Part shown: positions 1 through 13,727 of the stretch, piece by piece
Layout: the number at the start of each line of letters is the position of its first letter
Position numbering within the stretch: position 1 is the stretch's first letter
Assembly (NCBI GenBank): GCA_002269645.1
Contig: NIVC01001879.1
Coordinates: 117,564-181,563, forward strand
Source of the DNA: Macrostomum lignano
Taxonomy: Eukaryota
DNA: 64,000 nt
Direction: 5' to 3'
The notes under the pieces: generated by a model
Databases searched by the model: none
Seen by the model: only the letters and a program-made list of their open reading frames with translations
Told to the model about the DNA's origin: nothing
Program-made: the position numbers and the translations under genes

Positions 1-990
1 TGAAACCCCATCCTTCAGGTTCTTCAGTGTGAGTGAAACCCCATCCTTCAGTGTGAGTGACACCCTATCCTTCAGTGTGAGTGACACCCCATCCTTCAGT
101 GTAAGTGACACCCCATCCTTCAGTGTGAGTAACACCCCATCCTTCAGTGTGAGTGACACTTCATCCTTCAGTGAGAGTGACACTTCATCCTTTAGTGAGA
201 GTGACACTTCATACTTCAGTGAGAGTGACACCCCATCCTTCAGTGTGAGTGACACCCTATCCTTCAGTGTGAGTGACACCCCATCCTTCAGTGTGAGTGA
301 CACCTTATCCTCCAGGTTCTTCAGTGTGAGTGACACCCCAGCCTTCAGGTTCTTCAGTGTGAGTGAAACCCCATCCTTCAGGTTCTTCAGTGTGAGTGAA
401 ACCCCATCCTTCAGGTTCTTCAGTGTGAGTGAAACCCTATCCTTCAGTGTGAGTGACGCCCTATCCTTCAGTGAGAGTGACACTTCATACTTCAGTGAGA
501 GTGACACCCCATCCTTCAGTGAGGGTGACACCCCATCCTTCAGTGTGAGTGACACCCTATCCTTCAGTGAGAGTGACACTTCATCCTTTAGTGAGAGTGA
601 CACTTCATACTTCAGTGAGAGTGACACCCCATCCTTCAGTGTGAGTGACACCCTATCCTTCAGTGTGAGTGACACCCCATCCTTCAGTGTGAGTGACACC
701 TTATCCTCCAGGTTCTTCAGTGTGAGTGACACCCCAGCCTTCAGGTTCTTCAGTGTGAGTGAAACCCCATCCTTCAGGTTCTTCAGTGTGAGTGAAACCC
801 CATCCTTCAGGTTCTTCAGTGTGAGTGAAACCCTATCCTTCAGTGTGAGTGACGCCCTATCCTTCAGTGAGAGTGACACTTCATACTTCAGTGAGAGTGA
901 CACCCCATCCTTCAGTGAGGGTGACACCCCATCCTTCAGTGTGAGTGACACCCTATCCTTCAGTGAGAGTGACACCCCATCCTTCAGTGA
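1..990. repeat. 24-bp minisatellite (CAGTGTGAGTGACACCCCATCCTT) with CAGGTTCTT-insert variants, in an ARPC2 intron
   Basis: Tandem units visible directly. A higher-order duplication of 396 bp is marked by TTTAG at 191/587 and GAGGG at 521/917. Confidence 0.95.
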
Positions 991-1022
991 GAGGCACGGG
1001 ACTCCAACGCAGAATAACTCAC

Positions 1023-4000
1023 AGGGTCTCATCATCACGATAGTGAATCACAGCCCTCTGCTCGGCGTCTCCACCAGCGGCTTGCAGATTAAAATATTTT
1101 TCAAAAACGCAGGCAAAACAGTTGCGCTTAAGCATAGACGCCTGCATAACGAGTTCTTTGTAGTTGTCTGGCAGATCGGTTAGGCGATAGCAAAGCGTCA
1201 CATTGTAGCCTGGTTCGGTAGTGTCCAGCAGATAGTTGCCATATCTGGCTTTCAACAGATCGTGGGCACCATGGTCCTCCAGTTCCTTGAAGAATTTCAA
1301 GCTAATGCTCACCTGCATGTAGATTTTGTTTGATTTTACATACGATGAAAACGGGACTTTGACCAGAATCGTTGCAGGTAACACAGGTAAAATAGGAAAT
1401 AAGTGACTCTAGACGACTCTAAAACGACAAGATGTCTCGGCAAAAGTCACTAAAAACTCGCCTAAGCATACATGCGCAACAGTCGGCCGAGTCGGCCGAC
1501 CGATTTGGCGGCCAATCAAGGAAGTCGCAAAAATGCGACTTTTTTGGTAGTAAAAAGTACTAAGTAGTAGTACTAAGTAGCTGACGAGGCATTTTGACTT
1601 AATAAGACAGTCATAGTTACTCTTGCCGTTCACCCAAAGGGTTTTTTACATGTAAGTCGCATTTTGGCCAAAAACTACGTCGCATTTTTGTTAAAACTAA
1701 GTCGCATGGCCAACCGAATTTTGGAGGTTGCGCATGTATGCGCCTAAGAGTCAATTTGAGGCTTTTTGAATTAGAATTGCATTTTGCAATTTTAATGCCA
1801 ACTTTGATTCTTGTCATACTAACGCTTTCAACTGGAATCACAAGATAAAGCATTTCAACTCACCCAGATGACAAAACGATCCTGACCGGGATTGCTAATA
1901 TGATAGATGGCGCCATCAAAGTCGGCCACTTTGATGTCCACACTGTCGGGTTTGGAGCTGTTTGGAAGTAAAATTGAGTGACATAGAATTTTCTTATTTC
2001 AGGTTTTTGCTTTACCAGGATGCCAGATAACATTAGTCAATAAGTTCAACAGTACCCTTTACACTGCTGAGCCTGTCTGACCCAAAAAAAGTTTGCAGAA
2101 TTCATGTACTTACAGATTACTTTAAATTTGGCAATTGATAGAAGTCTTGAAATCCTAATAATTATAAAACTATTGGTAGTAAACTAATTATTAAATTGTG
2201 AAGAATTGAACTCTAAATCAAATAAAAAACTTAAATTAAATTTGATCTAGGTTAGAAAAAAACTAGGTACCATTTTGGCTTTTAGGATTTAATTGGCTTT
2301 TAGGATTTAAATTTAGGATACTAAATTAATGTTGATGTATCTTAACATTCTATAGCAAAAAATCTAGTTGGCAAGTCTAAAATAAACTAGTTATATATTT
2401 TATAGACTTACAATACCTAGGACTTTTAGAAGAGCTCAATATATACAATCTAGCCTATCTGGCTAAGTTAAGACTATATTCTAGCCATAGATCAAATCAG
2501 ATTTGGTCTAATTAGATTTTGAAATATATTTTAAAAATACAAATGACCTAAACAATTGTAATGTGTTAGTATAAGCTGCCACACCACTGGTACTATTTTG
2601 CTTCGATTGCTTAAACTGACACCCCATATTGCAAAAGGTATCCTGTTGGAAAAGTTATGCACTTGTGTAGGCATAAAAGGTGAGAGAGGTGCACAAAAGA
2701 GGCACTTTAGTGGCCTATTTTGTGTGTGTTTTGGAAATGCAACTGAGTGCACCTTTTATGCCTAAATGTTACCAATATTTTTTAAAAGAGGCATGAAAGA
2801 TGTACAATCAGTAAAGTGGTCAGGCATTAGGGGAATTATCATTTCGAAATTTTGGTTATATTTTAACAATTTAGACATTGATGATCATGCTACACAAGAA
2901 AGAAAATCTATAGGAAGTGAAAGGAAGTGCGGTTCAAAGACTCAGTGGGGAGGTGAGAATTGCCTTTTCTACAAGAAAAGATTGTGCGGGGCACACTGTT
3001 CCAGGCCTTGTGCTACACCCACCTCAACCTCCACAAGCCCACTGGCTGAACTCATCGGCGTGGATTTTAATTGGCTAAAGACTTAAAGCCTTAATGAAAT
3101 GGATATAGGCTACTTGCATCTAGATCTTCAGCTTAAACAGTGGTGAAGTATAATACAACTTCTACTATATTTCTATGTACAAGTGTATAATACATATAAT
3201 ACACCAGCATTTTCTATTTCGTATTTTTAAAGTAAATTAAATCTTAAGTATTCTGGTTTAAACATATCAAAGATACTTTTTATAAAACATGTAAGCTTAT
3301 ACATGCAGAGGCAAGGTGTTAACCTTTTTGCATGATTAGTGAAAAAGTAAAAATTTGTTAAGCTCAAAAATTTCGATTTTGATTCTAAGAAACCAAAAAT
3401 TTTGATTTCGATTTCGATTTGAAAAATAATTTCAATCCATCACTACATTAGTGAGGAAAAGTTTCAAATCTTTCCAAAGAATAGTGAGAAATAGTAGCAA
3501 AGCAATTTTGCAAGTTGGAACGCCCCTTGCATTGCTTCTATGCCTAAAATGCCCACTGTGCACCTTTTGTGCCTCCAATGCACACTATATACATTTTTAT
3601 GTACCTCTACTATAGTGCAACTTTTGTTTACCTTTCACTCTATTAATACCCCCAATTCCTACTTTGTTCACCTTTTGTGTCTCCAATGCATACTGTGCAC
3701 CTTTAATTCACCCAACTCCCCTATGACACCTGTGCCCCTACCACCTACTTTGTTACGTTCCAAAATCAAAATTGAAATTGAAATTTTATGAAATCAAAAT
3801 TCAGAAAAACAAAGTATAGCATGACAAACACTCACTTTTTACTATTTATTTACTGCTCATGCAAAACAAAATACACGTGTATATATAGTGGAAATTAGTT
3901 TATTTTCAGCCACTGAATAAGTAGAATCCCTCATTGCCACTTTGAATACAAAAACTTTTTTCAACGTGAAAACTATATACGACCATTGCTGCCCAGTTGT

Positions 4001-7000
4001 GTGTATATATAATGCAGTCTAGTATATACATATAGTACCCGTTGGATTTTGAGTTTTTAAAGTAGGCATGAAAGGTGAAGAGTTTTACACCTTCTGCCTC
4101 ACTTTCGCCTCTTTTATGCCTATTTTGTGCCACTTGTGCACCGCATGTTCACCTGAGTGGCTCTGCAGGGTCAGAAGGTGAATATAAGGCACAAAATAGG
4201 TGGTAGGGGCATAGGTGTCATAGGGGAGTTTGGTGTATTAAAGGTGCACAGTGTGCATTAGAGGCACAAAAGGTGAACAAAGTAGGAATTGGGGGCATTG
4301 GTGGAGTGAAAGGTGAAAAAAAGGTGCGCTGTGGTGGAGGTGCATAAAAAGTGTACCTGGTGTGCACTGGAGGTACGAAAGGTGAATAAAGGTGCACAGT
4401 GTGCATTGGAGGCACAAAAGGTAAACAAATGGTGCACAGTGGGCACTTTAAGTGTAGAGGCAATGCAAGGGGCGTTCCAACTTGCGAAAGTTCTTTGCTA
4501 CTTTTTCTTATTATTCTTTAAACAGATTCAAAGCTTTTCATCATTTTTCGGAACTTTTTTGAGTATTTGAAAGTTATTAAAACTTATCAGTATAGGAAAT
4601 GTTTACTTTTGTGGTTTGTCAGGATCAGGAAGGGGATAGCAGCGATTAGTATAGGTATAAATAAAGCTTTTCTATGTTCAATCTGTGTGTGCAATGTACG
4701 AGTATGTAACTCTCAGTTAATTTTTGTTACTGATTATTAATGCGTTAATTTGTGCATAGGCATGAAAGGTGAGCGAGGTGCACAGAAGAGGACTTTTGGG
4801 GTCTATTTCGAGCGTGTTTTGGAAATGCACCTGTATACATATTTACGCTGCAACATGTACACCTTATACACCTCTAATTCACCTTTTGTGCACTTTCTGC
4901 GCCCCTTCAGCACCTTTACTGCCCTTACCGCAGCCAATCAAAATTGAGAATTCACCTACTGCCTGACCACTTCACCAATTTTACACCTTTCATGCCTCTT
5001 TTCAAAAATATTGGTGACATTTAGGCATAAAAGGTGCACTCAGGTGCATTTCCAAAACACACACGAAATAGGCCACCAAAGTGCCTCTTTTGTGCACCTC
5101 GCTCACCTTTTGTGCCTCTGCAGGTGCATAACTTTTACAACGGGGTAGTGGTAACTGTATGAAAGGATAGATAACTGCATGAACTATATGGAGGTTGTGC
5201 ATGTATATCATAGAAGCAAGCAGTAATATATATGTATTGATTACCATATGACAACTAGCAATAATTGTGATAGTGTAAATCATACTCATGTTTAGGCGTA
5301 ACCTTGGGATTTACTCAGCCATTTCTATTGGCAACACACACATGTAAGTTGCTATTGGATGGAATAGTAGTCACATGATTGCTCTTAGCCAATAGTGACT
5401 TGAATGTGTATATTGTCAATAGAAACAGCCAGATGATTCCCAAAGTTACGCATGTATGACCATACTGCATGTATAGGCCCTATGTATATTTTGTATATAT
5501 TTCATGGCAGAATAGCCAACTCTCAGTTCAAATACACGCACTCTATACTTGTGGCAATCGGGTTGCCACTTCGATTTTTTGGCCGAGCCCCTGCCAGCCA
5601 TGGCTGCTATTGATGTGGAAAGTGCAAGGTTTTGCAGATTTTTTTGTAGGGCATCCCCACGCATGTGGCAGTTGCCACTTCGATTTTTTTAAATTACTTT
5701 AATAATTTTTGCATTCAATTTACTAAGTTTTTATGAATTTAATTGCGTGCCCCAACTCCCAGAAATTTTTGCATATTGTTTTCCAATAGTTGTTTATTTA
5801 GTCACTTTCCCGTATGTTGTCCTTTGTCCCAATTTTTGTTCCTCCAATTTGTCCCACCTATGAATCCATGTTTCCCCACTCTTGTTTGTTATTTTCTTTT
5901 CTTTAAATTTCTGTGTAAAACTGCCTTTGCTCAACCTTGTGCCCACTCCTTTGCCCAACCAGCTGCCTAGCTACCCGTCCAAGTTTTGCCCCTATAGTTG
6001 GAATTTATACTAACTATTTATATTGCATGTTTCAAGCGCTGCTAATTCAGACTTGCTCTTTGTCTTTCACACTCACTCTCTTTTTATTTTTGCATTTTTA
6101 GTTTGTTCATCTACCTTACTCCGGCTCTGCTTGTCAAATAATTTTGATTGCCTGCTAAATGTTATTTTAATACTCAGTTAATAATAATAATAATTAATAT
6201 TAAGCAATAATACTTTCATTAACTAATAGGAAGCCAATAGCCTATTTTGAGTCTTTTGCCCATGGGGCATAAAATAACCAAAGTCTCATCTCAAAGAAAG
6301 CTCTAAGACCATACATTCCATAATATGTAAATTACGGTGGTGGCAGCAACTACCCTATTGAAAGTAACAAGCTCGACAAGCCAACGCATTAGATTACAGT
6401 GTCAGAATCTCCGGTGTTTATCAATTGAATGACCGCACTACTATACAACCACTCTGCTACAATTGCAACTACCCTCCCCCCAGAACTTGAGGACCTGGCT
6501 GTCGGAGTAAAACAGGAGAAAGTAATTTGTTGTGATTCTTCTACGCAATTTTCTAGAACCATTTGTGCAAACTCAACGCCAGCAACAATTCAAACGTGGA
6601 ATCCACCTTACCTCACTAGTGTTAGCAACTAATTTTCAAATAAACCCATTCCAAAAAAACTTTCTCTGCCTCCACCTTATACTGTAATATGCAATATATT
6701 AGCAAATGCTTTTACAGCTATTTAAAGTTCTACAAAATTTATGAAAATTTACCATTTCAAAAACTGCATGTATGCAAGCTCAAAGAAATAGCTTATTAAA
6801 AATTGTTTTTTGACTAGGACCTAGGTTCAAAGCTAACCTATTGAAAAAGTTAGCTTTGAAACAATGAAAATTTTCTTTTAAGCTTATGCTGTATCTAGTA
6901 CAAAAGATTTGTTAAGAATTGAAAAAAGTATATTATATTATTATGTTTGCATATTAATGACTGGCAATCTTCAAGTTTCGTTTGTTAAATTATTTTTTCA

Positions 7001-9389
7001 ATGATTCCTGAACTATCTTGCTCTGAGATGATTATTTTCAAGCTCTCCAGTGTATCCAGCCCTTTCCTAGCTGAGAAAGTAGCAGCTTTGTTAATATTAA
7101 CCTCTAAGGTACCATAAAGCCAGAAATATAAGATGCAAACAAGCAAAGCTAACATGTAATGCTGAGTACAAACAAAGCGGTCACCTTGACAGAGCTGCAG
7201 CCTAAGTTGAGTGGCCAGACAATTGGCACACACTTGCTGGTTGGCAATTAGATGGTATTTGGCTATCCAATTCATGGTATCCCTTGTTGTTGCTGTAATC
7301 ACAGCCAGTTCCTGCATTGTCAAGGTGATGTCGCACAAAGCTGCAGCTAGTTGCACTTGTGCTATTGGTACAATAAAAGTGGGTGCCGCTGGTTGTCCTG
7401 CCATAGTGTATTAGTCGGCTATCCTGCATTTTCGTTCATTAAATTATTTTTTCATTTTTTTCAGCCACACTGCATATCCAAATGGCGGGTCGTCCAGCTG
7501 CTCCCACTACTATCATCACACCAGCTGAGATAAGACCTACTGCGGAACTATGCGACCTGCCACTCATAAGGATGCGGGACTTGGCTTTTTTGACCACTGA
7601 CACACTGTCTCTGATGCGCTGGCTGGCCAAATACCGGCTGCTGTGAAACAAGCGTCGGTGCCATTGCCCTGCTGCACCTCAAATGCGCCTTCAGCGTCGT
7701 CAGGGTGACCGGTATGTGGATGGCTGGGCTTGGGCTTGCAAGGAGTGTCACGGCCAGGAGTCCATAAGGAAGGGCTCCTTTTTCGAGAGAAGCCACCTAG
7801 CGCTTAACCAACTGGTGGACTTTGTGTACTGGTGGGCACTGAAGACACCACTGAAGGACATCATGCTGCAGTGTGACATCCAGCAGCCGCATACCAGTGT
7901 CGACTGGGCCAACTTCTGCCGCGATGTGTGTGCCCAGGTACTTATTGACCACCCAATGCAGCTTGGTGGCCCAAACATTGAAGTGGAGGTGGACGAGAGC
8001 AAATTCTTCCACCGCAAGTACCATGTTGGCAACTATCGTGAGGGCCACTGGGTGCTTGGAATGGTAGAGTGTGGCAGTAACAAATGCATGATGGTGGTGG
8101 TTGAGAATCGACGTGCCAAAACACTGCTGCCTATTCTGCAGCAGTACATCCTGCCCGGTTCCCGAGTCATCACTGACGGATGGCAGTCGTACAACGGCCT
8201 TGCTGCCATGGGCTTCAACCATGTGAGTGTCAACCATCAACTCAATTTCGTGGACCCACAGGACCCGACAGTGCACACCAACACAATCAAGGGCAGCTAG
8301 GCGCACTGCAAGGCCAAGCTGCGTCAGGGGCATGGTACCAGTGATGGGCTTTTCGAGTCGCACCTGCAGGAGTTCCTGTGGCGCCGGCTCTATCCAAATG
8401 AGCATCATTTCGGCAACTTTCTGTACTGGGTGACCCATTACTACCCACTGTAATCCGGAGACTAACGTTTAAACTGACTGGACTATAACAAACTTTCTTA
8501 AACTTTTCGGGTGTTCTGTATGTCCCATAATATTTTTTATTGCCTGTGCTGAACTCGTGAGATCATGTAAAATTAATTCTACGTGAAAAAATAATTTAAC
8601 AAACGAAAATGCAGGATAGCCTATTAGTCTTATAGTGTATTAGCTGCTTGTCTATTAACTGCTTATGATATTACTCCATGCCACTCCTAAAGCTGCGTAC
8701 ACATCAAATGCCACATCAGTGAAAGCCACATCATCATTACGTTACCGTAATATGGGCCATAGACATTCCTTTGCCTACCAACAGCTTTATGGTACATTAG
8801 ATATATAATATTAACAAAACTGCTACTTTCTCAACTAGGAAAGGGCTGGGTACACTGGAGAGCTCGAAAATAATCATCTCAGAGCAAGATAGTTCAGAAA
8901 TCAAAGAAAAATTAATTTAATGAACGAAACTTAAAGATTGCCTAATGACTTTGTCTTTAGTTTAATGCTAGTAATAATAGTATAGAAAAGTACTTGTTTT
9001 ATTTGTTTTAACAATATAAAAGCCTCTATTTTGTGAGAAAGGGCTTTTATAAGTCTTCTAGAAGTCTTTTTTATGAAAAATATTATATAGTTTGTTTTTG
9101 TTATTATCTTAAACTTGATTTTACATTAAATTAAATGAATAATTATTTGGGGCCAATATAAGCTCTAGTAACTTTATGATATTTGATTTAATAATAAAGA
9201 GCACTTAGTAACACAAGCCATAACTAGAAATACCAATAAAATAAGCAGCATTGACTTAGTCTAAGAGAAAAAGTATGAATGAAATAAATTAATTAATAAG
9301 ATTACTCACTTAGGGTCCTGTCTAACTGACTCGATTCTAGGGATCAAAGTTTCAACGACGCATTGGTTATTAACTTCTAGCAAAATCAT
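1023..9389 (-). CDS. ARPC2: Arp2/3 complex subunit 2 (p34-Arc), 5' part; the gene continues left of the window
   Basis: Exons 9310-9389 ([15 protein letters not shown]...), 1864-1957 ([24 protein letters not shown]...) and 1023-1312 ([11 protein letters not shown]...[15 protein letters not shown]...[10 protein letters not shown]). All junctions are GT-AG with compatible phases. The translation closely follows the known ARPC2 N-terminus. Confidence 0.96.
2640..5148. repeat. Nested imperfect inverted repeats (foldback/MITE-like) in ARPC2 intron 1
   Basis: About 2640-2830 is the reverse complement of about 4960-5148, and about 3470-3750 is the reverse complement of about 4190-4530. Further fragments of the same family lie at about 4060-4150 and 4750-4850. 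Confidence 0.7.
6985..7404 (-). pseudogene. Truncated N-terminus of a Merlin transposase (outer element)
   Basis: [13 protein letters not shown]...[16 protein letters not shown]...[11 protein letters not shown] aligns with the N-terminus of the inner transposase ([13 protein letters not shown]...[10 protein letters not shown]...[11 protein letters not shown]), then runs into the TIR. Confidence 0.8.
7417..8621 (+). mobile_element. Merlin DNA transposon, inner element
   Basis: TIRs of about 36 bp (GGCTATCCTGCATTTTCGTT... / ...AACGAAAATGCAGGATAGCC). 8-bp TSD TATTAGTC at 7409-7416 and 8622-8629. Confidence 0.93.
7482..8453 (+). pseudogene. Merlin/ISXO2-type DDE transposase, inactivated
   Basis: A single frame of 323 codons with motifs [40 protein letters not shown] and LQEFLWRR. 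In-frame stops at 7644-7646 (TGA) and 8298-8300 (TAG in place of W). The third catalytic E reads K. Confidence 0.92.
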
Positions 9390-11905
9390 TTTGAGCTGAA
9401 TGCTAAGCTATGCAGTTTCCTAAACTCCACAAAAAAGAAGTTCAGTTATCGGTATATAAGATTATATATTCGACCTTACTAAAATTGTTAGGAGTTCTTC
9501 TGCAGTTAAAAAACAGTGGTGGTAGTAGATTTTTATTAAAAATCACTAAATTTACAACAAAAAATAATATTTAAGGACAGTTCTACTGTCGCAATAAGAT
9601 TATTAAAATAAACATTGCACTTTTTTCTTATAGTTGCTTTAACAAAAAAATAATCTCTAATGGTTTTGTTAAAATGTGTTAAACTTCAAATTACTATGCC
9701 GAACAATGAGATTCCTCATTCTCAAGCGTTAATACTTTGTAAGATAGGCCGGTACATACTATACCAGCATACTTAAGTTTAAAAACGCATCCTGAAACTT
9801 TACTTGTATGCGATTTTGCACTTTGTTTTGTTTCCTGTCATTTGCCGAAAGACGAAGGACGAAGAAACCTCGTTTTCTTTAAAAATTTTAGGAGGCGGGT
9901 TTTCCTAAAAAAATACACTACGGAGATAGGAAGTTTTCATTTTTTCGGCACAAAAGTTGTTAATGATTTCGATAGGAGGCAGGACCTAGAATATTAATCT
10001 TTTGATTCGTCAGTGTATTTTGACGGAAAAACTGGCCTCCTACATGTAAAACTTTCTAAGAAACGAGGTTTCCCGTCCTACTTGATCGAGTAGTCCGATC
10101 ATATATGTCCTGTCCTGTCAAATCGCATCCTGCCATTCCCCCAGATCCCGGCCGTTGAATACAAATCATGTGCCGGACAATTTGTCGTGTCTGTCCTGCA
10201 TGGTTAAATGGCCCTGCAGTGGACTTTTCGAATAGCCACCTACTCATGCATAGCGATGCGCCTACTGCGAGTAAAAGTATGTGTTATTTACAAGTAAAGT
10301 TTATACTGACTTTTCTAAGACAAAGAAAAGGTTGTCTAAAAGTTTGTTTTTCGTAGACATCTTTAAGAATTACCCTACCAAAGTTGCCTTTTTTTATTAT
10401 TTTTGCCTAATAGACACATTAAGATCAAATCTCAAGGCAAATTCAAGATGACTTTTAGACCAAAATTTTTAGCAGGGTCGTCTGCCAGCCAGGTGCTAGT
10501 GAAGATATGCTTCGGTGACAATTGAGTTTTGACGACAGATTGCATGATAGGAGAGTTCTAGATTGAATTGTTGTTATGGCAGACTCTTTATGTAAATCTA
10601 TCCAGCGATAGATAGAAACACAACAAACAAAGCTTTGTTTCTTCAAAGTTTTTCTCGAAAGTTGTTTTAATTATGATCCTTGTGTCGATAGCTACAGTGT
10701 ATAGGCATTAGTTGACGAATGCACCTTAAATTATTTATATTACATGTAGTTCTTCCAGGAGTACAACAACGTACAAATGGACATCGTCAAGTACATTTAT
10801 AGTTGAGCAGCTACTTTTACGCATAATTCATAAATTAGGGGGAGCTCAAAACTAAATGATCAAATGGAAAAACCCTTACTACAGTCTAGCGCAAAAACCC
10901 GTCTCAAGACCTCATAATCGCACAATCTTAAATTCAATTAGCCCCCTCTTCATTTTATCACAAACCATTTATAACTTCACAATCACTCAAAATGTTATTC
11001 ATGCAAACAGAGAATTTTTTACATGTAAAGTTACATGCATTTATTGTGTATAATATAAATGTCAATTGAGTTTCATTAACGCGACTAAACCATCTTCTAT
11101 AGCATAATCATGCAGTAGCTAAAAATGCATTGATGATTAAATCAAACAAAATTAAATGTAATGCGTAATTCGTTCTACGTCTGGTTTTGTCGCGAGCTTA
11201 ACCATGCATGCAGAGCAAACAGCAGTGAGCAGGACCAAAATTTTGCCACGCCAATTTGAGTCAATATCTATCTATCAGTTACCTGTGTTTACCAGCTTAG
11301 CTAATAGACGTCAATGTTCACGCTTACACGTCGTACACTACTATATATCAATCAGCCAGCAACCAACTCTGCATCCAATATACTGTAAATTAATTACCTC
11401 GGGCACACGCAAAAGCAGTTTCGAAAATTTTGCTAATGAAAACTAAATTTACAGTATAAACATATATATGTACATGTAATATAATACATACAAATCAGCC
11501 GTTGCATTAGTTAGGTTAACAGGATGTTAGCTATTTGAGCGCGTCAATCAAGCAAAAAACCGCGTCAGCACTAATGATCACTATTTGTTCTGCAAAAAAC
11601 CCAGAAAACTTACCGTGTATTCCACACAGGGATATATTCGCCAATGCAAATAGTAGCTCGATCGTATATTGTGGGAAAAATCAAGCCAATGTATTTATCT
11701 CAGTATCATTTCTGAATCGACTGTCATGGGCAACTAAATTTGAAGGACGCTACATTCGATTTTGTTAGAAATGATCTGGGGGCCGTAGGGAACGTAAATA
11801 TTTGGTATACAGTATATAGTATAGCATTTAGTAAGTAGAACGTATATACGTGCAGTTAGCGGATTTAGCATGCTCTACAGCAGACATCGGCAAACTACCT
11901 CCAGG

Positions 11906-12301
11906 GCATGGATGAATGAATAGAATGGATTGCTATTCTGGCTCTGGCTATTTTCGTTTTTGACTCTTTTGCATCCGGTTCCCCCCCCCCGTGCCTTTTC
12001 ATTGGTTGATGATTGCCATAGACAATTTTCGGCCTTCGCCCCTTTCTTTCGATGCACAAGCGCTTTCGCTCGTGTTTTGAAATAAAGGGGGAAGACCTAC
12101 AAGCACGATTCGAGAGTCGATTCGTCTACAATAAAATCAGTTCTTTGCGCTTGTGCATCGAAAGAAAGGGGCGAAGGCCGAAAATTGTCTATGGCAATCA
12201 TCAACCAATGAAAAGGCACGGGGGGGAACCGGATGCAAAAGAGTCAAAAACGAAAATAGCCAGAGCCAGAATAGCAATCCATTCTATTCATTCATCCATG
12301 G
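11906..12301. mobile_element. MITE-like palindromic element
   Basis: Near-perfect arms 11907-12063 and 12147-12300 with an 83-bp spacer. Flanked by TCCAGG on both sides (putative 6-bp TSD). Absent at the paralogous site near 31800. Confidence 0.75.
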
Positions 12302-12692
12302 TCCAGGGTCAGATAGAGAACCTACACCTATAGCGCTTGACTGCGGACCAGAGGAGAGGAACGAAAAGAGAAGAGAGAGAAGATTAGAGAGAAGGGAAAT
12401 GAGAAAAGAAAATTTAATCTCAGATATCTCAGGGCCAGATTGCTATTGTGAAGTTTTAAAAACCCGAGTGATAGAAAGGCTTTGCGAGCCGTGGCCTACG
12501 GGCCGGGGTTTCCCGACCCCTGCTCTATAGAGGAATCGAAAATCTGTTCGGAAATTTTCCTGAGGCCTGTCGTGCGATTCGTGCGCCCTATCAGGGCCAG
12601 TGTCGCATGCCTGTGCGTTTGAGTTTAGCTCAGTTGAGTTTGCAGGTAGAATCGAGAAAGTAGAATTCTTTTGTAATAAAACTGTCATATTA

Positions 12693-13674
12693 CGAGGGGT
12701 GTCCGGAAAATAGTGTTACTTTTACTTGGAGCAGACGGTTGGTAAGTTGCATTGACACAAGTTTGGTGTCGTTTGAAAGCGGCAAGTTTCTTGTTTAAAA
12801 TGATTTACATGTAAGCTGCAATAGATTCGGATTGATATTTTAAGACATATGTGCACTTAAGTAGAGGGAGATTGGTCATAGACTTACAAAATCTAGACAC
12901 AAGCCTTCTGTACTGACGATCCAGTTTAATGTCCTCAGTGAGCCATCAGGGAACCCAACGGGCACTCAGCTTGACATGAATTATCTTCTGCAGACACTTC
13001 TAAACTGTGGACTTCGAGCAATCTGGTCTATCGTCTATTTCGCGGATGCATTGGTGGCAGTCTTCATCAATCAAGTCGAGAATGGATCCGAAACGAGGCC
13101 GCCGCTGGCATGGATCTCGGTCGTCCTGACCTTCAGTCGGTTCAGTTCCAGTTCATGTCAGTTCTTCCACCCCTGATCTCGTTCACCCAACTGTTCACTG
13201 TCATCGTGCCGACGGAATGGTCTCCATGCGCAGTTCAGAGTTGCCATGAATATCAGCTGCTTTGCACCCGGAGCTCCAAAGTGTAAAGATGGCATGTCGC
13301 TTCCCAGTCTGACTGCACGTCCATTTGCCGATTGATGGATCAAAATTTGAGCACAGTGAAGATTTTTCGACATAACTGGTTCAGCCGCAATCTTTTGAGA
13401 AAGCTTTTCACTGTGCCACATTTGACCATAAAACAACTCATACATTAAAAAATTATCGATTGCCATTGAGCAGAAGGCTAATTTTAGCAGATACGCTTGT
13501 ATTTGAGCTTCTGTAAGTCTATCACCAATCTCCCTCTACTTAAGTGCACTTATCTCTTAAAATATAAATCCAAATCGATCGCAGCTTAAGTCATTTTTAA
13601 GAAGAAACTTGCCACTTTCAAACAACACCAAACCTCCAAGTAAAAGTAACACTATTTTCCGGAAACCCCTCTCG
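12693..13674 (-). mobile_element. Tc1/mariner internal-deletion derivative
   Basis: TA-flanked TIRs CGAGGGGTGTCCGGAAAATAGTG... with long subterminal inverted similarity. Minus-strand remnants GRPRS and ...SKSTV*KCLQKIIHVKLSARWVP (WVP motif at about 12950-12958). Confidence 0.85.
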
Positions 13675-13727
13675 TATAATCAAGAACTTCGTACTAGCGA
13701 TGCCATGCATTTAATTCACTGATATTG

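Larger units (their letters stand above)
6963..8942 (-). mobile_element. Merlin (IS1016/ISXO2-like) non-autonomous DNA transposon, outer element
   Basis: TIRs of about 160 bp starting GGCAATCTT at 6963 and ending AAGATTGCC at 8942. 8-bp TSD TAATGACT at 6955-6962 and 8943-8950. Retains the N-terminal part of a transposase ORF. Confidence 0.88.

Noticed and set aside
29-1183. 384-aa Ser-rich ORF
   Set aside because: Translation of a stop-free 24-bp minisatellite, antisense within an ARPC2 intron.
7417-8621. Bacterial IS1595 contamination
   Set aside because: It is inserted with TSDs in a spliceosomal intron and has related decayed copies nearby, which fits a eukaryotic Merlin.
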